64,000 nucleotides of DNA from an uncultured Chloroflexia bacterium (GTDB lineage: Bacteria; Chloroflexota; Limnocylindria; Limnocylindrales; CSP1-4). The stretch lies in assembly GCA_963828165.1 (NCBI GenBank), contig CAWHDR010000001.1:2080001-2144000 (forward strand). Direction: 5' to 3'. Of the stretch, positions 27,343 to 39,100 are shown in pieces. The notes below the pieces were generated by a model. That model searched no databases and was not told where the DNA came from. It saw only the letters and a program-made list of their open reading frames with translations. A program made the translations under genes and the position numbers. Every line of letters starts with the position of its first letter. The first letter of the stretch is position 1.

Positions 27343-28368
27343 ATGAACATCCAGCAGCTCCTTGACGACGCGCTCGAGATCGCAGTCGTCCCCAGCTTTT
27401 CGGCCATCGGGTACTCAGTGCGCCGCCGCCTCCATGGGTGGACACCACCACCCGCCGACGTGTTGCGCGGCCAGACGGTCCTGATCACCGGACCGACTTC
27501 GGGTCTCGGCCGGGCAGCGACTGACGCGCTGGCCGGTTTGGGGGCCCGCATCGTCCTGGTGGGTCGTGACCGTGACCGGCTCACCGTGGTTCGGGATGAC
27601 CTGATCCGGACCCATGGCGCCGACCGCTTTCCGACCGTCGTCGCCGACATGGCCTCGCTGCCTTCGGTCCGGCACGCGGTGACGCACGTCTTGACCACGG
27701 AAGCCCGGCTCGACGTCGTCATCGACAACGCCGGCGCGATCTTCCCCGAGCGAGTCGAGAGCCCGGACGGATTCGAGGCGACCTTCGCGACCCTGGTCCT
27801 GGGTCCGTTCACCCTGCTCGCCGGACTGTTGCCCTTGCTCCGTTCGACCACTGGCGCACGCGTGGTCGCCGTGACCTCGGGCGGGATGTATGCGCAGCGA
27901 CTCCGACTCGACGACCTCCAGTGGGAGGACACGCCGTTCGAAGGCGCGCGCGCCTACGCGCACGCCAAGCGCGCCCAGGTCACGCTCGTACGGGAGTGGG
28001 CGCGGCGCGTCCCCGCCAACGAGGTCGTGTTCAACGCCATGCACCCGGGCTGGGCGGACACGCCCGGGATCTCCGCGGCGCTGCCGCGGTTCTACAGCCT
28101 GATGGACCCGATCCTGCGGACGCCGGAGCAGGGTGCCGATACCACGGTCTGGCTCGCCGCCGATCCGGCCGCCGCCGATGTCTCGGGCCGCGTCTTCCTG
28201 GATCGGCGGCCACGGCCGTTCGACCGCCTGCCCACGACCCGCGTCTCGGCCGACGACCGCGTCCGGTTGTGGGATGCGGTCGTCGGGCTCACGGGCGTGC
28301 CCGATCCGGCGCCGGCCCCAGATCGATCGCCCGCGACCCATCCACCCATTCAAGGAGCAAGGTCATGA
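27343..28368 (+). CDS. short-chain dehydrogenase/reductase (DHRS12-like)
   Basis: ITGPTSGLG, DNAG, TSGGMY, YAHAK (YxxxK), MHPGWADTPG. Confidence 0.92.
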   Translation: MNIQQLLDDALEIAVVPSFSAIGYSVRRRLHGWTPPPADVLRGQTVLITGPTSGLGRAATDALAGLGARIVLVGRDRDRLTVVRDDLIRTHGADRFPTVVADMASLPSVRHAVTHVLTTEARLDVVIDNAGAIFPERVESPDGFEATFATLVLGPFTLLAGLLPLLRSTTGARVVAVTSGGMYAQRLRLDDLQWEDTPFEGARAYAHAKRAQVTLVREWARRVPANEVVFNAMHPGWADTPGISAALPRFYSLMDPILRTPEQGADTTVWLAADPAAADVSGRVFLDRRPRPFDRLPTTRVSADDRVRLWDAVVGLTGVPDPAPAPDRSPATHPPIQGARS

Positions 28369-28826
28369 CCCGCATCCACGAGCGCATCGCCACCAGCCTC
28401 CCGATCGAGGCCACATTCGACTACGTCGCTGACTTCGCGAACTCGGAGCAGTGGGATCCGGGTACCACCTCATCTCGTCGACTGGATGATGGGCCGGTCG
28501 GGCCTGGCGCCAAGTACGGCCTGACGGTCCGGATGGGCGGCCGCGTGGCCCCCATGGAGTACCAGATTCGCGACTTCGATCGGCCGCGCCGGGTGGTCCT
28601 CGTCGGCTCAGGCTCCAACGTCAAGGCCATCGACGAGATTCGTTTCGAACGCGCCGGGGACGGCACCGTCGTCTACTACACCGCGGATATCAGCCTTGGT
28701 GGGCTGTTGCGCCTCGCCGAGCCGTTCCTGGGCGGGACGTTCAAGAAGATCGGCCGCGACGCCGCGGCAGGCATGGACGTGGCGCTCGAGGACCTCGCGG
28801 CCCGACGCGACGAGGCGGCCAGCTGA
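28365..28826 (+). CDS. SRPBCC/polyketide cyclase family protein
   Basis: [16 protein letters not shown]...GPVGPGAKY; AAGGAG RBS, ATGA overlap. Confidence 0.88.
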   Translation: MTRIHERIATSLPIEATFDYVADFANSEQWDPGTTSSRRLDDGPVGPGAKYGLTVRMGGRVAPMEYQIRDFDRPRRVVLVGSGSNVKAIDEIRFERAGDGTVVYYTADISLGGLLRLAEPFLGGTFKKIGRDAAAGMDVALEDLAARRDEAAS

Positions 28827-30115
28827 TGCGCGTCGCGATCATCGGTGCCGGGATCAGCGGCCTGAGCGCCGCTTACGGCCTGCATCGCGAGCATGAAGTC
28901 AGGCTGTACGACGGGGAGTCGCCGGTCGGCGGCCACGTCAAGACCGTCATGGTCGACACGGCGAACGGACCGCTCCCGGTCGACATGGGGTTCATCGTCC
29001 ACAACGACGTCACGTACCCCACGTTCCTTAGGCTGATGGCCGAGCTCGGTGTCGAGACGCAGGCAAGCGATATGTCCCTCGGGTCTGCTTGCCGGGCCTG
29101 TGGCGTGGAGTTCAGCTCCCGCGGCGCACGTGGCTGGTTCGCACAGCCAGCCGCCGCGTTGCGTCCCGGCCATTGGCGGATGTTCGCGGACATCCTGCGG
29201 TTCTACCGCGACGCGCGCTCTCGGCTAGACGCCGACATCGCCTCGCGGGCGACGCTACGCGAATATCTCGAGGATCTCAGAGTCGGTCCGGGGTTCCAGG
29301 ACCACTTCCTGATCCCCATCACATCCGCGGTGTGGTCCACGGCGGCCGACCGGATCCTCGATTTTCCAGTCGACTACCTCCTGCGCTTCCTCGATCACCA
29401 CGGGTTGATCGGCGTCGGCCGAGCGCTGCAGTGGCGAACGATCGTCGGCGGCTCGATGACCTATGTCGAGCGGATCGTCGATCGGATCGGTCAGGATGCA
29501 GTCCGTGCCGGCGATCCGGTCGTGGCCGTGGCGCGGACCGAACTCGGGGTGACCGTCAGGACGGAGGGTGGTTCCAGCGACTCGTTCGATGCCGTCGTGC
29601 TTGCGACCCATGCCGACGATGCCCTGCGGGTCATGAGCGACGTCGACGCCCGGGAGCGGGCCGCCCTCGGGGCGTTCGCGTACTCCGAGAACCGAGTGGT
29701 CCTCCATACCGACCCCGCCCTGATGCCTCGGCGGCAGGGGGCTTGGGCGTCATGGAACATCGATCAGCAGGATCATCGCGCCCCCGGTGAGGCGCTCTCA
29801 ATGACCTATCACATGAACCGGCTCCAGGCCCTCCCCGGGCCCGACCAGTACTTCGTGTCGGTCAACCCGGATGCCCGGCTGGACCGAGCGCGAATCCTCG
29901 CGGACCGGACCATGCGTCATCCCATGTACACGTTCGAGACGCTCGAAGCGCAGGCTCGCGTCGCCGACCTGCAGGGCTGGCGCAACACGTTCTATGCCGG
30001 GGCGCACCTCGGCTACGGCTTCCACGAGGACGGTTGTCGGTCAGGGCTCGAGGCGGCCCGTCGGATCACCGCGGAGGCCGGCGTCATCGGGCAGATCGAG
30101 GAGCGGGCGGCATGA
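28826..30115 (+). CDS. FAD-dependent oxidoreductase (UfaD-like fatty-acid desaturase)
   Basis: [44 protein letters not shown]. Confidence 0.9.
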   Translation: MRVAIIGAGISGLSAAYGLHREHEVRLYDGESPVGGHVKTVMVDTANGPLPVDMGFIVHNDVTYPTFLRLMAELGVETQASDMSLGSACRACGVEFSSRGARGWFAQPAAALRPGHWRMFADILRFYRDARSRLDADIASRATLREYLEDLRVGPGFQDHFLIPITSAVWSTAADRILDFPVDYLLRFLDHHGLIGVGRALQWRTIVGGSMTYVERIVDRIGQDAVRAGDPVVAVARTELGVTVRTEGGSSDSFDAVVLATHADDALRVMSDVDARERAALGAFAYSENRVVLHTDPALMPRRQGAWASWNIDQQDHRAPGEALSMTYHMNRLQALPGPDQYFVSVNPDARLDRARILADRTMRHPMYTFETLEAQARVADLQGWRNTFYAGAHLGYGFHEDGCRSGLEAARRITAEAGVIGQIEERAA

Positions 30116-30852
30116 GAACGCATCTCCTGGAAGGCGTGGTCCGACATCGTCGCGCCCGACCGTTCGTGTATTCGCTCGAGCATCGGGTCCACTACGTTGC
30201 GCTCGACCTGGGCGAGCTCGACGATATCAACCGCTTCTCGCGGCTGCTCGGTCGCAACCGACGACGCGTCCTGGACGTCCGGGACGGCGATCATCTCGAC
30301 CCGCCCGCGACGAATCTCCGAGCGGCGTTCCTCGAGCACCTTCGGGCACACGACGAGGACCCCAGCGGATGGCAGATCACGCTCGTCACGAACCCCCGCG
30401 TGCTCGGATACGTGTTCAACCCGGCCAGCTTCTACCTCTGCCGTGACGGGGAGGGCACGCTCCGCGTCGTGGTCGTGGAGGTCCACAACACGCATGGGGA
30501 GCGCCATCTCTACACGTTGCGGCCGCGTGACCGGGCCCCGACGTTCCACGCTTCCATGGGGAAGGCGTTCTACGTCTCGCCGTTCATGGAAGCCGACGGT
30601 GCCTACACCGTCCGGGTCCGCGACGAGGCGTCGCGGCTGCGCATCACCATCAACCACGAGCAGCCGGACGGCCTCGTCCTGCATGCCAGCCTGGATCTGG
30701 TTCGGCGCCCATTGACGGACCGAAACCTCGTTCGGATCGTTCTCCGGCAACCGCTCGTGACCCACAAGACCACGCTGATGATCCACTGGCACGCTCTCCG
30801 CCTGTGGCTCCGCGGCGCTCGGTTTCACCGCCATCGAGAGGTTGTCCGATGA
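30112..30852 (+). CDS. DUF1365 family protein (UfaO-like)
   Basis: [49 protein letters not shown]. Confidence 0.92.
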   Translation: MRTHLLEGVVRHRRARPFVYSLEHRVHYVALDLGELDDINRFSRLLGRNRRRVLDVRDGDHLDPPATNLRAAFLEHLRAHDEDPSGWQITLVTNPRVLGYVFNPASFYLCRDGEGTLRVVVVEVHNTHGERHLYTLRPRDRAPTFHASMGKAFYVSPFMEADGAYTVRVRDEASRLRITINHEQPDGLVLHASLDLVRRPLTDRNLVRIVLRQPLVTHKTTLMIHWHALRLWLRGARFHRHREVVR

Positions 30853-32090
30853 CCGCACGTACCGTCCCGTCGCGCCGCCCGATCAACGTCGGACCCATCC
30901 TCGAGCGCATCGCTTGGCGCGTCGCCCTCGCAGCCGCCCAGCGGATCCGTCACGGGCGGCTGACCGTGGTCCTGCCCGACGGATCGCGGTCGGTCCACGG
31001 CGACCCGGCCTCACCCGAGGGGGCGGAGATCCACATCCACGATGGTGGGGCGTTGACCAAGATGCTTCTCGGCGGTGAGACCGGGGGCGGTGAGGCGTAC
31101 ATGGACCGGCTGTGGTCCAGCCCCGACCTCGCGGCCTTGTTACGGCTTGCGGCCCGGAACCGAGAGGCGCTCGCGCTCTCGAGTGGCTGGTTCCGAGTGC
31201 CGGCTCAGCTCCTACGAACCATCGGCCACCGGACGCGCCATAACAGCAAGACCGGTAGTCGCAGGAACATCGCGGCGCACTACGACCTGGGCAACGACTT
31301 CTACCGGCTCTTCCTGGACGAGACGCTGACCTACTCGAGCGCGGTCTTCGCTGCGCCAGACCAGGATCTCGCCGATGCACAGCGGAACAAGTACCGGGTC
31401 ATCGCCGCCAAGGCCGGCCTCCAGGCGGGTCAGCACGTCCTCGAGATCGGGACCGGCTGGGGTGGCTTCGCCATCTATGCGGCCGGTGAACTTGGCTGCC
31501 ACGTCACCTCCGTCACGATCTCGCAGGAGCAGTACGACCTAGCTCGGCAGCGCGTCCACGCGGCCGGCCTCGACCATTTGGTGGAGATCCAGCTTCGCGA
31601 CTATCGCGACATCGAGGGGACGTACGACGCGATCGTCTCGATCGAGATGCTCGAGGCCGTTGGGGCGGAGTATTTCGGGACCTTCTTCGAGGTCTGTGAC
31701 CGGGCCCTGCGACCTGGTGGTCGAATGAGCCTGCAGTCGATCACGTTCCCGGACGCGGCCTACGAACGGCAGCGCCAGGGTGCGAACTGGATCCAGACAT
31801 ACATCTTCCCGGGTGGGTTGTGCCCGTCACTGGCGGTCATCGAACGCTCGACCCGTGACACGCAGTTCTTGATCACCCGCGTGACCGACATCGCGGGCTC
31901 GTACGCTCTGACGTTGCGAGCCTGGCGGGAGCGGTTCATGGCGAGGCTCGACGACGTGCGCGCGATGGGCTTCGACGAGCGGTTCATCCGGATGTGGGAG
32001 TACTACCTCGCGCTCAGCGAGGCGGGCTTCGCTACCGGCATCAGCCAGGATCTCCAGATCGTGTTGGAGAAGCGGCGCGGGATCGGCTGA
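30849..32090 (+). CDS. cfa: cyclopropane-fatty-acyl-phospholipid synthase family SAM methyltransferase (UfaM-like)
   Basis: NIAAHYDLGNDFY, LEIGTGWGG, SIEMLEAVG, YIFPGG, RMWEYYL. Confidence 0.93.
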   Translation: MTARTVPSRRPINVGPILERIAWRVALAAAQRIRHGRLTVVLPDGSRSVHGDPASPEGAEIHIHDGGALTKMLLGGETGGGEAYMDRLWSSPDLAALLRLAARNREALALSSGWFRVPAQLLRTIGHRTRHNSKTGSRRNIAAHYDLGNDFYRLFLDETLTYSSAVFAAPDQDLADAQRNKYRVIAAKAGLQAGQHVLEIGTGWGGFAIYAAGELGCHVTSVTISQEQYDLARQRVHAAGLDHLVEIQLRDYRDIEGTYDAIVSIEMLEAVGAEYFGTFFEVCDRALRPGGRMSLQSITFPDAAYERQRQGANWIQTYIFPGGLCPSLAVIERSTRDTQFLITRVTDIAGSYALTLRAWRERFMARLDDVRAMGFDERFIRMWEYYLALSEAGFATGISQDLQIVLEKRRGIG

Positions 32091-32112
32091 CCCGTTGGGT
32101 CGACAGGGCGAC

Positions 32113-32946
32113 CTAATCCGCGGGCGCGTCGAGGAATGACAGTGTGACCGTTGCGAACAGTGGCGATCCGCCCAGGTTGTAGTGCTGCAGACCCGGCAGG
32201 ATCGCGAGGGCGTGCCCGCCCTTCGGCCGGTTCTCGCCCATCCAGCCGCCGTCGCGCAGCCCGCCGTCGAGCAGCTTGAAGATCTCGACCGCATGGCTTG
32301 GCGGCGCCATGTCCGCATCGGCGTGGACGATGAGCGTGGGCACCTTCAGCGCCTTGATCACGTCGGTGTGGTCGTAGTCCTCCTTCATCATCTCGCCGAT
32401 CTTGTCGAGCAGCTGGCCGAAGTCCTCGGGGCGCGGCGCGACCTTCATGTAGAGCTGGTACATCGGCGTGTCCTTCATGAACTCGGCCGCCGCGGCGTTC
32501 ACCACGACCTGCTGCGCGCGAAGGGCCGGGTCGATGTCGTTCGGGGTGAGGTTCTGCGAGGCCGCAACGAGCTTGCCGACCTTGTCGGGGTACTTTGCGG
32601 CGGTCTTCGCCGCGACGCCGCCGCCGAGCGAGTAGCCGACGATGTCCGGCTTGTCGAGCCCAAGATGGTCGATGAGGGCCGCGATGTCGTCGGCCATGAG
32701 CTCGATGTCGAGGGGCCGATCGATGTCGGCGGTCCGTCCGTGTCCCTGGAGGTCCGGGGCGATGACCTGGTGGTTCGCCGCCAGGATGGGGATGATCGGG
32801 CCGAACATCTCGCTTGACGCGAGCCCGCCGTGCAGCAGGATCAGCGGCCGCCCGGTGCCGTGGGTCTCGTAGTACATATGGAGGCCGTTGACGTCGGCGT
32901 ACTCACCGGTGCCCATGGTCTCGCTGGTCCAGTCGATCACCGTCAT
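32113..32946 (-). CDS. alpha/beta fold hydrolase
   Basis: LLHGG, DLQGHGRT, GYSLGGG, LPGLQHY; GAGGAGG RBS. Confidence 0.9.
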   Translation of the reverse strand: MTVIDWTSETMGTGEYADVNGLHMYYETHGTGRPLILLHGGLASSEMFGPIIPILAANHQVIAPDLQGHGRTADIDRPLDIELMADDIAALIDHLGLDKPDIVGYSLGGGVAAKTAAKYPDKVGKLVAASQNLTPNDIDPALRAQQVVVNAAAAEFMKDTPMYQLYMKVAPRPEDFGQLLDKIGEMMKEDYDHTDVIKALKVPTLIVHADADMAPPSHAVEIFKLLDGGLRDGGWMGENRPKGGHALAILPGLQHYNLGGSPLFATVTLSFLDAPAD

Positions 32947-32988
32947 CGCGGTCCTCCTCGGGGATGTCGTCTTGGCATCACGATACCC

Positions 32989-33019
32989 ATTAGACCGGGA
33001 TGGGACGCCGAACTCATCG
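32989..33019 (-). promoter_or_regulatory. putative SigG-type ECF promoter
   Basis: CGATGA-N18-GTCTAA; shares CGATGAGTT..CGGCG with 41430-41460. Confidence 0.6.
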
Positions 33020-33187
33020 GTCGCGATGCGCAAGAGGCTCACGCCCGCCGTCTTGGATCGCCCATTTGCCGGATGGGCACACATCGGCCAGCTCTACGTC
33101 GCCATAATGGTGGTCGCGGGACCGCGCGCGGGTTTCGTGGGAGCGACCGGGCCACCGGCCGTTGGGGACGTTGGGGAGGGATCCGCG

Positions 33188-36100
33188 ATGGTCGGGAGAC
33201 TGCGCCCTCGAGCGCTGGCTTTGCTTATGGTCGCCTTGGTCAGCTGGCAGGGAGGTTCGGCTCCCGCAGCGTTCGCCGCCGATCCGTCACCCGAGCACCC
33301 GCCTAGTGAGTCTGCAGGCCCATCGCCAGTTCTGCCGACGCCGCCCCCTGACGCGGAACCGTCCGCACAGCCAACGACGGCATTCCCGCCGCTCCCGGCG
33401 GGGGCTGACAGGCCGCCCGCGGGGCGCGAACTTGTGGAGCGCCGGACCGAGCGGTCGCAGACCTTCGACAACGGCGACGGAACGCTCACGACCCTGTTCT
33501 TCACGACCCCAGTCTTCTTCAAGGTGCAGGACAAGGGATCGTGGCGTCCGATCGAACTGGGGTTCCTTCCGTCCTCGGATCCCGGTCTCGCAGCGATCTC
33601 GGATCGTGCCCCAACATCCGTCGCGGTCGCCAATGAGGCCGGCGCCGACTCGTTCCTGACGCTGCGCGCCAAGGGCCGCACGATCCGGTTTGGCCTGCCG
33701 GCCGATCTGCGGAAGGTTGCCGCGAAGACGAAGCCGACGTTCGACGGGCCGGCGGCCGATTTCGCCGACTTTCAGCCTGGTGTCGACCTGCGGATCCTCG
33801 CCGGCGCTCACGGAGCCAAATCGTTCTTCATCTGGCGGGAGCGGCCGGCCAAGACAACGATCCGATACGTTGTCGACGCTCCTGGGCTGACGCTTCGGAA
33901 GCAAGCCGATGGGTCGATCGCGATGGTCGATCCGGCCGGGACCGAGGTTGCCCGGATCCCCCGCCCGTTCGCTGTCGACTCCACGAAAGATGCGTTCGCC
34001 GGCTCCGGGCGTTTCACGGAGAAGGTGAGCCTGGCCATCGCCAAGGACGGCCGGACCGTAACCATCTCTGTCGATCCGGATTGGCTGGCAGCAGCGGAGT
34101 TCCCGGTTCACGTTGATCCCTCGACGGGCTGGGTCTATAACGCCGGGACCAATGCATACGGCGACGCACACGTCGCTTCGAACTACCCCACGTTGAACTT
34201 CGATGATTACCAGCGCCCGGACTCGCCCTTCTATCATGAGCTCTGGAATGGCACGGACCCGTCTGGGACCTCGGGCACGAGCTACGACTTCCTTCGGTGG
34301 GACCTGAGCGCTATCAACAACTCCACCATCGACTCCGCGAGCCTGGCCCTCGTTCCCTATCACCAGTACTACAACGCTCCGACCCAGGAGACCACGTACG
34401 CTCGACGGGTCACCAGCAGCTGGACAGAGAGCGGCGTCACCTGGAACGCCAAGCCGACGTACACCACGACCGGGACCGCGACACAGGGATGCGTCGAAGG
34501 TAACTGGTGTACTTGGGCAGTCACATCGATCGTCCAGGTCTGGGCGACGACGCCCAGCACCAACTTCGGATTCCAGATCGATACCATCGGCAAGAACAGC
34601 ACGTTCTGGAAGCGATTCATCGCAAGCGAGCAGGGGGGCACCAATCGTCCCAGGCTCAGCGTCACGTACCACACCCCGACAGCATCGCCGGCGACTCCCA
34701 CGGGCTGGCGCAACAGCAGGGCCCTCGCCTGGACGTATGCGGATACCAGCGGTCATGCCGGATCGCACTACGAATTCGACGTCGACACCGACGCAAACTT
34801 CGCCGCCCCCTTGACGCACGACGGGGCCGCTGTCGCAGGCGCCGGAACGACCGCATCGATCCCGACCAGCGTCACGCTGACCTCCGGGACCACCTATCAC
34901 TGGCGTGTTCGAGTGAAGGACGGGACGAGCTGGTCGCCGTGGGCCACCCGCACGTTCCAATGGGATGCGACGGCACCTACAGGGACGATCTCGCTCAACG
35001 GCGGTGCAGCGTATGCCACGTCGAGCACGGTGACGGCCACGCTTTCGATGAGCGACGCCCATTCCGGCCCCAGCCAGATGCGGTTCTCGACAAATGGTGG
35101 CACGAGCTGGTCGGCGTTCGAACCTTACGCCACGAGCAAGGCCTGGGCCCTCCCCGCGGGCGACGGTCCGAAGACCCTCAGCGTGCAGTTCCAGGACGCT
35201 GCCACGAACACGAGCGCGACCTACTCGGACGCGCTGACGGTCGATACGGTCAACCCGCTCGGGACCATCTCGATCAACGGTGGTGCGGTGTCGACGAACA
35301 CGACATCCGTCACCCTGAACGTCACGGCGAGTGATGCCACGTCGGGCGTTGCCGCGACCCACTCGTCGAACGACGGCACGACCTGGACCCTCGTCACTGG
35401 AACAACCGTGCCGTGGACGCTCACGACGGGCGATGGCACGAAGACGGTCTACCACCGCGTGACCGATGGTGCCGGCCGGACCACGACCGTGACCGACACG
35501 ATCCTGCTTGCTTCGGACAGTACGCCGCCAGGCGCGCCGTCCCAGCCCGACCTCGTCGCGGCTTCGGACACCGGCGCGTCCTCGACCGACAACATTACGA
35601 ACGACGCAACGCCCACGTTCACGGGAACGGCCGAGGCTGACAGCACGGTCACGATCCATGACGGCCCGACTGCGGTCGGGTCTGGGCTCGCTTCGGGCGG
35701 GGTCTACACCGTCACGACTTCAAGCCTGCCGAACGGGGTTCGTTCGATCACGGCGACTGCCACGGACGCCTCCAACAACACCGGACCGTCATCGACGGCA
35801 CTGAGCGTGACGATCGACACCACGTCGCCCGCCGTGCCATCCACGCCAGATCTCGACGCCGCGTCCGACAGCGGCTCATCGACCACCGACAACGTCACGA
35901 CCGACACCACGCCGACCTTGTCGGGCACGGCCGAGGCGGGCACCACGGTCTCCCTCCTCGACGGTGCGACGCCATCGGGCTCCGGCACCGCGACCGCTGG
36001 CGCGTGGACGATCACAGCGTCCGTGCTATCGGATGGTTCCCACGCGCTGACTGTCCGAGCAACCGACACGGCTGGTAACCAGAGCGGTGTCTCGTCGGCC

Positions 36101-39100
36101 CTGTCCGTCACGGTCGATACCATCGCGCCGACGGCCCCCACCGGTCTCGACCTCGCGGCTGCGTCCGACTCGGGCAGTTCTTCCACCGACAACATCACGA
36201 CGGACACAACGCCGACGTTGACCGGTGTGGCCGAGGCCGGAACCACCGTGTCTCTCCTCGACGGAGCGGCGCCGGTCGGTTCCGCAACCGCGACCGGCGG
36301 CGCATGGACGATCACCTCGTCGGCCCTGTCCAGCGCCGCTCACACGTTTACGACAAGGGCGACCGACACCGCGGGAAACCTCGGCCCAGCGTCGACCACG
36401 CTCGTGGTCACGATCGACGCCGTCGCTCCCTCAGCGGACTACACGACCCCGAACGAGGCAACGACGATCGCGATCAGCGCATCGAGTTACGGCGTTGGCT
36501 GGAGTGAGAACGGAACCGGTTCCACCGTTGCGACGCGTTCGCTCCAACGCAGGAGCGGGACGGTCGTGACGCCCGGGACCTGCGCCGGCGTCTCCTTCGC
36601 CACCGACGGTTCGCCGGTGAGTACCACGTCGCCGGTCACCTCGAGCGGCCTGACCACGGAACGGTGCTATCAATGGGTGCAGACCCTCACGGATACGGCT
36701 GGCAATAGTGCGCCGATTTCGAGCGGATTCGTCATCGTCGGGGCGGCGGGGCCGTCATCGGAGTTCACCACCCCCAACGAGAGCACGACGAGCCGGCAGT
36801 ACACGACCGGCTATACGGTCGACTGGATCGAATCCGGGCCTGTGGCGACAAGCCGCTCATTGCAGCGGCAACGCGCGGCGATCGCCACGGCCGGCTCATG
36901 CGCCGGACTGACCTTCGCAGACGACGGAGCGCCGATCACCACGGCGGCGCCGGTCGTCGTGACCGGGCTCGCCGGTGGCTACTGCTACCAATGGACGCAA
37001 ACGCTCACCGCCGGCACCAGCAGCACGGCAACCAGTGGAACCGTCCTCATCGACGTCACGCCGCCGACCGTCACCGTCGGAACCCCGGCCGTCGATGTCA
37101 TCCAAGCAGCCACGAACCTGACCGTGAGTTGGACGGAGGCGGACGTTCACGCAGGCGTGGTCAACCGCACCGTCCAGCGCGAGGTTGGCCTTCCGATCGA
37201 GCCGGGTACTTGCACCGGTGTCATATGGGCCTCAGATGGGCCGACGAGCGTGAACGCCTCGCCCCTCGGCGCCACCGGGCTCGTGTCTGGGCGGTGCTAC
37301 CGCTGGGTCATCACGGTGAACGACCGGGCCGGCAATGGATACGCACAGCCGACCGGCCTCGTCCTGGTGGATACGTCTGCTCCGGACGTGTCCTGGACGG
37401 CGCCGGCGGGCCCCCCGCCGGTGGCCCACGGCGCGACCGCGATCGACGTCGACTGGATCGCGACGGACGCCGCGGCCGGCCTGACGAGCACCTCGATCCA
37501 GCGTGAGGCCGCTGCCCCGTCGGGCGGCGGCTGCCCCGCGAACGGTTGGACGAACGACGGATCCGCCGCGACGACCGTACCTCCGCTGCATGTCGAAGGC
37601 CTCCAGCCGTCAACCTGTTATCGCTGGGTCCTCACCGCGTCTGACGCGGCGAACAACATCCGGGTCTCGACATCACCGACGGTCCTGACCAGCGCCGCGC
37701 TCATCGAATCGTCCGCGCCCGGCGACACGGTCTTCGAGATCGAACCCGTCGATGCATCGCTGGACGGCTCGATCTCCGTCGCGAGCGTCGAACTCCTCGT
37801 CGACGGGGCGACCGTCGGCTCCGATGCGGCGACCCCGTTCACGATCCCGTGGACGACGACCGGCCTGACCGATGGCCATCACACTCTCGCGCTCCGAGCG
37901 CAGCTCGTGGGCGGGGGATCCGTCACCTCCGCTCCCGTATCCGTCCAGGTCGACAACGCACTATCCGCGGCCGAGCGGGTGCTCGCCGACGACACCAAGG
38001 GCCGGCTCACGCCTGACGAGTTCGCCCTCTACGGCGTGTACGCGGTCGGGTCCGTCTGGTCGCTACCGCCGCGCTATCAATCGGATACCGCGTCGAAAGG
38101 ATTCGTTGATGATGCGCAATTCACCGCCAACCTCGAAGACCTCGAGCCGGCGACCCAGAATGAGATCAACGCCTTTCTTGCCCAGCCCTACCGAGGCGAA
38201 GGCTATCAGCCGCCGCCGAATGCGCCCTTCGAGGAGCGCGACCACCAGTGGGTGGACTGCTTCGACACGCTCATCCTCGTCCGCTGCGAGCGCGAGTACG
38301 ACCACTTCACCCTCTATTACGGCCAACCGAGCGACACTGACTCGACCCGCGTCGGGACCGCCGACACGCTCGACGACAGCCTCCTCGCGAACAGCGGCCC
38401 AGATGGCGTCCCCGACTACATCAACAAGCTCGGCATCGAGCTCGAGCGCGCGCGAATCCAGTACGCGGCGATGGGCTATCAGCAGGTCGGTGACCGGATC
38501 AGCGTCTACCTGAACGCCGGTGTCCTCTGCCCCGAGACTCGGGAATGCGCTCACGCGGATGGCAACATCTACGTACCTCCGACCACGAACCGGCCGTACT
38601 ACACCGCCAGACACGAGTTGTTCCATCGCTTCCAAGCCAACTACCTCGACAAGCTGGTCGTCGACTATTGGTTCTGGTTCGAAGGAAGCGCTGAGTGGGC
38701 TACCAAGATCCTCAATACGGCCGAGCGTCCCGGCCCCGAATACGCGGGCAGCCTCGTCCCGTATCTGAAGTCGCGAAACGAACCGCTCACCAAGAACGAG
38801 GATGGCCGCAAGTACGGCACCTGGCTCTTTGCGACGTACCTCCAACAACGGTTCGGGTCGGATTTCATCCATAAGACTTGGGACACGGACGGCGAATTCT
38901 GGGACGTCGTTTCGCAGGCGGCCGCAGCGGAGCCGAATGCGGCGACGCTTGAGGAGATCCTCCTGGACTACGCCGAGAGCGCCTACCTCTTCGATTTCGC
39001 GAATGAGCCCGACTTTGCTGACTGGCGCGAAGACAGGCTCAACCACGACGATCCTGTCGAGCCTGAAGTCCACGGGGACGCGGTCAATCCCAACGGAAGG

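Noticed and set aside
35516-37690. Periodic repeats as a possible CRISPR array or DGR template
   Set aside because: In-frame 300-bp protein domain repeats with synonymous divergence; no spacers, cas or reverse transcriptase genes
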